A stretch of 64,000 bases of DNA. Source: the human T2T-CHM13v2.0 reference genome, Homo sapiens. A model generated the notes under the pieces. The model was given only the letters and a program-made list of their open reading frames with translations, did not search any database and was not told where the DNA came from. Location of the stretch: assembly GCF_009914755.1 (NCBI RefSeq), contig NC_060931.1, one strand, 5' to 3'. Below, in pieces: positions 56,453 through 64,000 of this stretch; the stretch's first letter is position 1, and the number at the start of each line of letters is the position of its first letter. Made by a program: the position numbers and the translations under genes.

Positions 56453-57272
56453 TGTTTTGGTAGAGTTCTCTAGAGAAATAGAACAGTAGGATAGATAGAC
56501 TAGATAGGTAGATAGAGAGAGAGAGGTTTTATTTATATATATACATATATATATATATATAGAGAGAGAGTTATTTTAATACCCATCATAAAATAATGAA
56601 TGTTAAAAACAACAACAACAAAATAATAATATTGTGATGGTTAATTTTAGTTGTCAACTTCACTGGGTCATCTGGTGCCCAGATATATGGTTAAACATTA
56701 TTCCTGAGTGTGTCTTTGAGGGTGTTTCTGTATGACATTAACATTTGAATCAGTAGACTGAGTAAGCCAGATTGTCCTCCCTAATATAGGTATATATGTG
56801 TATATATGTGTGTATATATATATATATATACACACATATATACACATATATATATATGAGAGAGATGAGTGGATAGATGAGAGATGATTTATTAGAGAAA
56901 TTGGCTCACACAATTACAGGAGTTGAGAAGTCACAAGATTTGCTCGCTGAAGGACTGAGAACCAGGACAGCTGATAGTGTAAGTTTTAGTCTGAATCTGA
57001 AAGCAGGAGAAGACCAATGTCTCAGCTTAAAGAAGATTATCATTCAGAGAGACTGAGTCTCCTTTATTCCTCCTTTTGCTCTATTCAGGCATGCAAGGGA
57101 TTGCATAATGTTCACCTACATTAGGGAGGACAGTATGGCTTACTCAGTGTACTGATTCAAGTGTTAATCTCATCCAGAAACATCCTCAGAGACACACTCA
57201 GAAATAATGTTTAACCACATATCTGAGCGCCTGATGACCCAGTGAAGTTGACAACTAAAATTAACCATCACA
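56453..57272 (-). mobile_element. MLT2 (ERVL) solo LTR carrying an inverted-duplication insert
   Basis: The minus strand begins TGTGATGGTTAATTTTAGTTGTCAACTT; AGAGTTCTCTAGAGAAATAGAAC and AATTGGCTCACACAATTA flank the internal GA/TA microsatellite. Confidence 0.85.
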
Positions 57273-57339
57273 ATGTTATTATTTTGTTGTTGTTATTTTT
57301 AACATTCATTATTTTATGATGGGTATTAAAATAACTCTC
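56566..57339. repeat. 226-bp inverted duplication (arms 56566-56791 and 57114-57339)
   Basis: Gap-free reverse-complement alignment with 16 mismatches; 322-bp spacer. Confidence 0.96.
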
Positions 57340-60300
57340 ATAAAGTTTCAGATGTCTAGCAATAAAAACTGACCTGGAAAATTTTCTTACCTCTCAGTTT
57401 CATTGCTTAAGTCACTTGTTACAAACATGATGTCAAATAAGTAAAGCCTCCAGTACCTGCTATTTTGTCACAAGTGCTTCCAATGTTAAGACCCAGCCCT
57501 TCCTTTTACCCAGTTTCCTGGTGGAAGAAAAGACTTCAATATCATTTAGCAGATTGATTGACATTTCCTTTCTGGATTTTAAGGCTCCTAAAGTGCAGCA
57601 AATTTTCAGTCTTCACAAGTCGTTCACTACTACGCTAGCATTTTTTACACTTATTTTAACTTTGGAGTCCTAGGATTTATTTATTTTATATTTGATACTT
57701 AATACCTTTTTCTTAAATGCAAGGACTTTTGGATTTGCCTAGGGATAAGCTACAACACACAAAGGACACACAAGTTGGTGAATATACATGCATCATTTCA
57801 AAATTCAGTCAGAGATCTATGTATATAGGATATTTAGTGTGGATATAGAACTTCAAAAAATAAATTAAGGCAATCAAAATGCCAAGCTCTTGTATACTTA
57901 AACTTTAGAAATAGGCAGCTTATGACTGTAAATGACGGATACTCTCTGTAGTCCTAGAATACATTATTTGTGTCTCTTTCATGGTACTTTTTACATTTTA
58001 TTCTGGTTGTTTCTCTCTTCCCCAGCCTGAATATTCTAAATGAGGATGCAGTCCTGGTATTTGTATCTGCCCTACTATCTGATACAATGACTTGCATACT
58101 CAATAATATGTGTATACGGAATGACACATCTATTAAATCTAAGATCATCTCCTCATTACATTGTTTTCTAGGATTCTAGCATGTATTTCACACCATATTT
58201 TAGTAGTCTTTATATATTATGATATAACTGAGAAAACCCTGACACTTGGAATTAGAATATGCAAATTTATTGCTGGGTGCTGTCCCTTATTAAATGTATG
58301 GATCATGTGCCTACAGGCTTAAACCTTTATGTATGCATTACATTTTTTAAAAATACGTTAACATTTTACATAGCACTTATCTTCAACCAAGTACCATCTT
58401 TGAATTCTAGGTTTTAGTATAGGGGAATGAACAAATAAACACTTTTCCTGATGCCATTGATTTAACAGTCTTTTGGAAGAGGAAAACATATATTCAATAG
58501 CATCAGGTGATCTGTAGGAAGCCAGGAGGGTGTGTGAGAAAGGAGCTGACCTTGACTTGGTAATAGAGTCCATGACAACATCATGGCTAAACTACTTTTC
58601 AAATAATTCCTCTTTGCAACACATAGTTTATCACTATAGAATTATTTTATGAATCTAATAGGAAAATTAGGAAAATAATTTGTTTTATAATGTGCTTTGA
58701 TTTGACCCTGATATCTAATATAAGGAAATAAAGTGGAGATGACCAAGTGACAAATTGCCCTGTACTAACCATATCTAAGTAATGTGCGCCATCTGAAGCA
58801 GAACTTCAATTGCTTGTATATTTTAATGGCATCAGTTCTAAGCAGATATTTAATTCATATACACAATAGTCCATATTCTCCTCTTGGGTATTGGCTGATA
58901 CCTAGATATCTGGGTTGAGAAAACATCTCTGCCAGAAAAAAATGGGAACATCTTCACAGCCTGTGCATCTCCAACAAGATTATTTCAGTGAAAAATATCC
59001 CCTTTATATGTGGTTAAAAATAGGGACGGTAAAATTGCCAAGAATATTTTCAGTCAGTTGATTTGTCCAATGCCTCATTACAGAATCTAGGTGCCAAGTG
59101 CTTTCTGGAGCTGGAGAAAAAGCCCTCCCAACAAGTAGCAGTCTTTCCTTCCTTGCACTGGGACCTCCCCAGGAGATGGAAAGGGAGACTGTAGCATATG
59201 GGAAATGGAGAATTGTAGAAAAGCCCAGAGGAAGGGGCTTTTCCCAGGCTAAAGGTCCAAGGCACTAGCCATCTGTTGGAGCTTGCAGATTGTTCAAACC
59301 TTCACCTAGTTTAGACTCCATTTCTCCAAGACATGAAAGAGTCAGATATTTACTCATGTGTATGCTCAGCAATACTTATTATTAATACAAAGAACTAAAA
59401 AAGAACAAAACCTAACACATATTACAAATATCTAGGTAATTCTGTTGGTACATTTTGAACAATGAATAAAAAACAGAAGTATTAATTATACAGAAAAGCA
59501 CCAAGTGAAAAGGAAAAGTTTCCCTCTGTTCTGCCCTTCTTATTTATCTAAAATTGATTAGTTTGACTTTTAAATTCCTTCCTTAAAAAGCAATAAAAGT
59601 TATATTATATAATACTGTATTTATATTTTTAGTATACACACAAAACACACACTTCTTCCTTTATCCCAATCCCTGATTGCCTATTTATTGACAGTATCAA
59701 ATGATATATAATTTCAAAACTTTGCTTTTAAATCTTAAAATATATATGTTTTTATCTATACCCATATCATCACATAGAAAATTATTTAGCCATTGATAAT
59801 TTCATTGGATAAATATAATATAATTGTATGACCAATTTCCACCTGATAAACATTTTGCTTTTTTTTGCTAACATATATTTTGGGAATATAACCATAAGCA
59901 AACTCCTAAAGGAAACATTTTTTGGACAATGCATATACTTAAAAAAAAAGACTGTAAAACTGTCTACATTTTACTAACAGTATATAAAGGTTTCAATTTG
60001 TTCACATTCCTTTGGGGGCTTTGTGTTATCAATTTTGTAAAAAATGAGCCAATGTGATGGGACAGTATATTTCGTCAACTTAGATTACAGTTCACTATAG
60101 TAAGCTTGCTGAAAGGTTTACTAAGAAAAATCTAGCATGAAAGTACATGCTGAGAGCAAATAGCTTATGCCATCCAATTTCCTGTTTTCTTCATTATTTG
60201 AATTTCTCTGTCAAAAGAAAACAAACAAAAACTTCCTATAAAAACCATGGAAACTGAAAATCTTTCTAGAATAAAAAATCTTCAGAAGCACAGAGTGAAC

Positions 60301-62242
60301 TAGATCTCAGGATTATTCCTTCGCCTCTAGCTAAGCAAAAAAATAAAAGTTTGTAGAGGTAGTCTGTGTTTAAAAAGAGGTATTTTATATTACCCTAGTA
60401 ACACAAGTTATCAGACCTGAACAAGAAACTTCTACATCCTTTAATTGTCATCTGTGGATATTAAATGGAAAATGGGAACCAGAAAACTGCAATTCTAATT
60501 GTACACTAATTGTATTTATTGGTTTACATATATATTATTTATGTCTTCATATTGAAATTTTTTACTAACACTTTGAAGTACTACTGCATTAAAGAAAGGA
60601 TGCCTAACATAGAAGATTAAAACAAAGACAGGCATATTGAAACATTTTTCTACAGGTTGCTGCTAAGTTAGGTGATGTATTGGGTTTTGTCTTTCCTAGT
60701 GTGCAAAATAATAACAGAAACACAAACTTTACAACAAAAGGAATAATGTTTTCCTGGATGGCAGAGAGATGGTCAAGTCTACAGACCACAGAAGAATGGA
60801 ATTTCTGCAGTCCTGTTCCCAACTGAAGACTGCTTTTACAATAAGTAGATTATAATCAGATACTACAGGTTCCATCCTTAGAGGACCTCTAGGAGACAGG
60901 CAGAACATACATTATTTAGGAGCTTTGTTCAAGTATCTTCCACATCTCATCACCATGGGCCTCCTATTGGCAATAGCAGATTCTCAAAGTTCTTTTTTTC
61001 ACCCAGAATTCATAAGGGACTGGAGGACCAATGTTGGCTTCCTGAAACTGCAAATAATAGGCTCATTCCTTTCATTGGGTAGATTCTGGGGGACATTGGA
61101 CACGTTCTCTTCCAAGTGGCTGGGTTTCCTCTGAAAAAATTCTTGCAGAGTTTTACAGCCAGAAGTAATAGCTTTTAAACATCTTTCATGAATATATAGG
61201 CTTTGTGAGTGCCCAGAGTGTTTTTCAGTATCTGAGCATTTGTAGCATGTTCAACAAAATATCAAGTTAAAATTAACTTTAGATTCTTTAATATAAAACT
61301 AAATACATGACCTAGAAGTGCCTGTCTCTGTGTGTACATTTACATTGTTTCTAGTGTTCCTATAATGTAGGACCAGAGATACAGGGATGATCCAATCTGC
61401 TAGTTTTATGAGATTACCCCTAATTGTTCTATCCAAATTGGTTGGACCAGCAGTCCATGGTAGTTTCAGCTCATCCTATTCCTCTCCACCATTTGGCATT
61501 TTTCAGCTTTTTCACATTTGAAAATCTGATGAATGTGAAATGGAACCTCACTGTGGCTTTAATTTGCATATCTTCATTGCTAATGAAGTTTAGCATATTT
61601 GATATATTTCTTAACCATTTTTGTTTCTTTTTTGTGAATTCCTGCTTTGTCTACTTTCTCATTAAGATTTTTAGAGTATCTTTATAAATTCTAGATACTA
61701 GCACTGTATTAGTAATATACATAGGAAAATATTCCTCAAAAGCTTTGTCTTTTAAATCTTTTGTCTTATTTTTGTGAAATAAAGGTTTTGATCTTTAGTG
61801 TAGTGAAATTTTTTTATTATGATTTTTGCTTTGTGTGCTTTTAAAAGATATACTTACTACACAGAAGTTAGAAAAATGTTTCATAATTTTAATGTTTTGC
61901 CTTTATGTTCTACCTCTGTTGGCACATTTGTAAGACGAGGATGATGATTGTATAATAGTTATAATAATAGTTTGAATATTACATTAATAAATATGTATAA
62001 AGCCCTTGAAACAGTGAATGAAACATAGTAGGTATAAATACACATTTAAAAAATCTTAAATTCTTTTTAATCAATGGTGTTTTAGGAGTCCAACTTAATT
62101 GTCTCTTTCAAATGAACACCTGGTTATCCTAGCAGCATTTGTTATGTATTCCACTATTTCCCTACTGCGCTATAATGCTGCTTCTGTGATATATTACATC
62201 CCCACCCGTGTGTGCCTCTGTTTTATGCTTCTCTACATGGTT

Positions 62243-62664
62243 TGATATGGTTTGCATGTTTGTTTCCTCCAAATCTCATGTTGAAATGTGATTCCCAATT
62301 TAGAATGTAGGGCCTGATGGGTGGTGACTGGATCACGGGGACAGGTCCCTCATGAATGGCTTAGCACCATCCCTTAATGATGAGAAGGTTCTTGCTCAGT
62401 TAGTTCACATGAGATCTGGCTGTTGAAAAAGAGCCTGGCACCACCCCAACTCTCTTGTACCTATCTCACCAAGTTATATGCTGGCTCCCACTTTGCCTGC
62501 CAACATAATTAGAAGCTCCCTATGGCCTCACCAGAATCCAAACAGATGCTGGCACCATGTTTACTATACAACCTGCAGGACCATGAGCCAATTAAACCTC
62601 TTTTTATCATAAATAACCCAGCCTCAGGTATTTCTTTACAGTGATGCCAAAACAGACTAAGACA
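62243..62664 (+). mobile_element. MSTB-like (MaLR) solo LTR
   Basis: TGATATGGTTTG...CCAAATCTCATGTTGAAATGTGAT...CAGACTAAGACA; perfect 5-bp TSD TGGTT at 62238-62242 and 62665-62669. Confidence 0.9.
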
Positions 62665-62896
62665 TGGTTCCGTGTGTTTGTGTACTCCTGTATCAATATC
62701 ATACTCTGAAATAAGATTTTATGGTAAATTCTGAGATACTGTAAGGCAAGATTCCAAGGTTTTTTTCTAAACACGGGCTATTTTATTACTTGTTCTTCCA
62801 TATATATATAACTAGCTCCATATATTCCATGAGAACATCTTTTGATATTTATATTGTAATTACACTAAAGCATACGTTAATTTAAAGAAGAAAAAA

Positions 62897-63083
62897 ATGG
62901 AAATTGGGATCTACTAGAGGGTAGAGAATGGGAGCAGGGAGAGGAGCAGAAAAAATAATTATTGCATATTAGGCTGAGCATCTGGGTGATGAAATAATGT
63001 GTACAACAAATTCACGTGACATGAGTTTACCTATATAACAAACCTGCACATATACCCCCAACCTAAAATAAAAGTTAAAAAAA
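62897..63083 (+). mobile_element. Short L1PA15/16-like 3' end
   Basis: GAGAGGAGCAGAAAAAATAA...CTGGGTGATGAAATAAT...AACCTAAAATAAAAGTTAAAAAAA. Confidence 0.85.
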
Positions 63084-63689
63084 TTATACGTATTTATACA
63101 AGTGTGATTGCTATTTGAATAAAATATTGCTACTACATTTTATATTGAATATTATCTGTTTGTTTTTGCATATCCATTCTATTTCTAATGACTTTGCTTA
63201 ATGTTAAATTATTTCTAATAGGCTTTCTTTAAATTCTATTGTAGTTCCTATATGTACAGTTTTATAATCTGACAATAAGGACCATTTGATACTTTCTTTT
63301 CAATAGTTCATAGATATGTACTTCCTTTTCTTGTCTTATTGCATTGGGTACGTTCCTCCCTGTGTTGGATAGATGTGGTGATAGTGGCCTCCTTTGTATT
63401 ATTTCTGATGTTAACAGAAATTCCTCAAAATTATCATACCTAATCTACCCAGTACCAATCTGTAGATCCTGCATCCGACAGACTCTCCATGGCAAAATTC
63501 CTATTAAGATTTTTGCTTTTCTGTGTTCTATCTCACCCCTGGCATTTATGTTCTAGTATTTGAACCTAGTTATATCATTTTAGTTATTTTTTTTAACTAT
63601 TTTATCTGCTAGGGAGTTTTGAAGCACAAACTTTTTGTGCTAATATTACTAGAAATTTTAACTAAAGTTTTAACCAATTAAAAACTTAT

Positions 63690-63850
63690 TTTGGCAATAT
63701 AAGTGTTCTCACCATAAATAAATGATTAGTATGTGAGGTGGTGTCTATGCTAATTATCTTACTTTAGTCATTTGACATGTATACACCATTCAAAACATTA
63801 ATATTTTACACTACACAATTTCTGTTCAGTGTCAAAAATTTAAACACATA
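63690..63850 (+). mobile_element. L1MA-type 3' terminal fragment
   Basis: AAGTGTTCTCACCA...AATGATTAGTATGTGAGGTG. Confidence 0.6.
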
Positions 63851-63894
63851 AAAATATGACTATTGTAATATCAGCATTGTCTTTTAAAAATAAA

Positions 63895-63985
63895 ACAAAC
63901 ACATATGGAGACACATTTATACATTTATACATGTGTGTTAAGTATACATGTACATACACATATGTATACACACACATACACACAC
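63895..63985. repeat. Degenerate CA/TA microsatellite
   Basis: Direct inspection. Confidence 0.8.
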
Positions 63986-64000
63986 AAAGATAGGCATTTT

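Larger units (their letters stand above)
61380..63440 (-). mobile_element. Ancient L1M (L1ME/MC-like) fragments
   Basis: Antisense L1 motifs (GTGAAATGGAACCTCACTGTGGCTTTAATTTGCAT, TTCTTGTCTTATTGCATTGG), interrupted by MSTB and an L1PA 3' end. Confidence 0.6.

Noticed and set aside
60905-61135. Possible minus-strand pseudo-exon (TTTTTTCAG acceptor then EETQPLGRERVQCPPES...YYLQFQEANIGPPVPYEFW...)
   Set aside because: There are several in-frame stops, about as many as chance would give, and I recognise no protein; it needs a BLASTX hit before any claim.

Overview
AT-rich, gene-free primate (great ape/human-like) genomic DNA made up mostly of transposable elements. It holds several LINE-1s of different ages (L1PA, L1MA and older L1M), six to seven Alus (two nearly perfect young AluYc1-type copies in opposite orientation), solo LTRs (MER11, MER4A, MER39-like, MER21, MLT1, MLT2, MSTB), a decayed ERVL provirus, DNA-transposon MITEs (MADE1, MER58, MER1B, MER5A) and MIR/L2 remnants. 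I found no protein-coding gene, RNA gene or CRISPR array; the ORFs in the track are broken L1/Alu frames or chance ORFs. Two things stand out. (1) An L1PA with two internal deletions, which join the 5' promoter to a ~77-nt ORF1 island that is itself fused in frame to ORF2. (2) A recurring set of locally templated insertions and inverted duplications, mostly at TA/TG microsatellites (12.0, 16.4, 25.4 and 56.6 kb), which look like fossil template-switch repair scars; the largest shows possible arm-to-arm gene conversion. Subfamily names come from my recall of consensus sequences, not from a database search. I see no convincing evidence of a new functional biological system.
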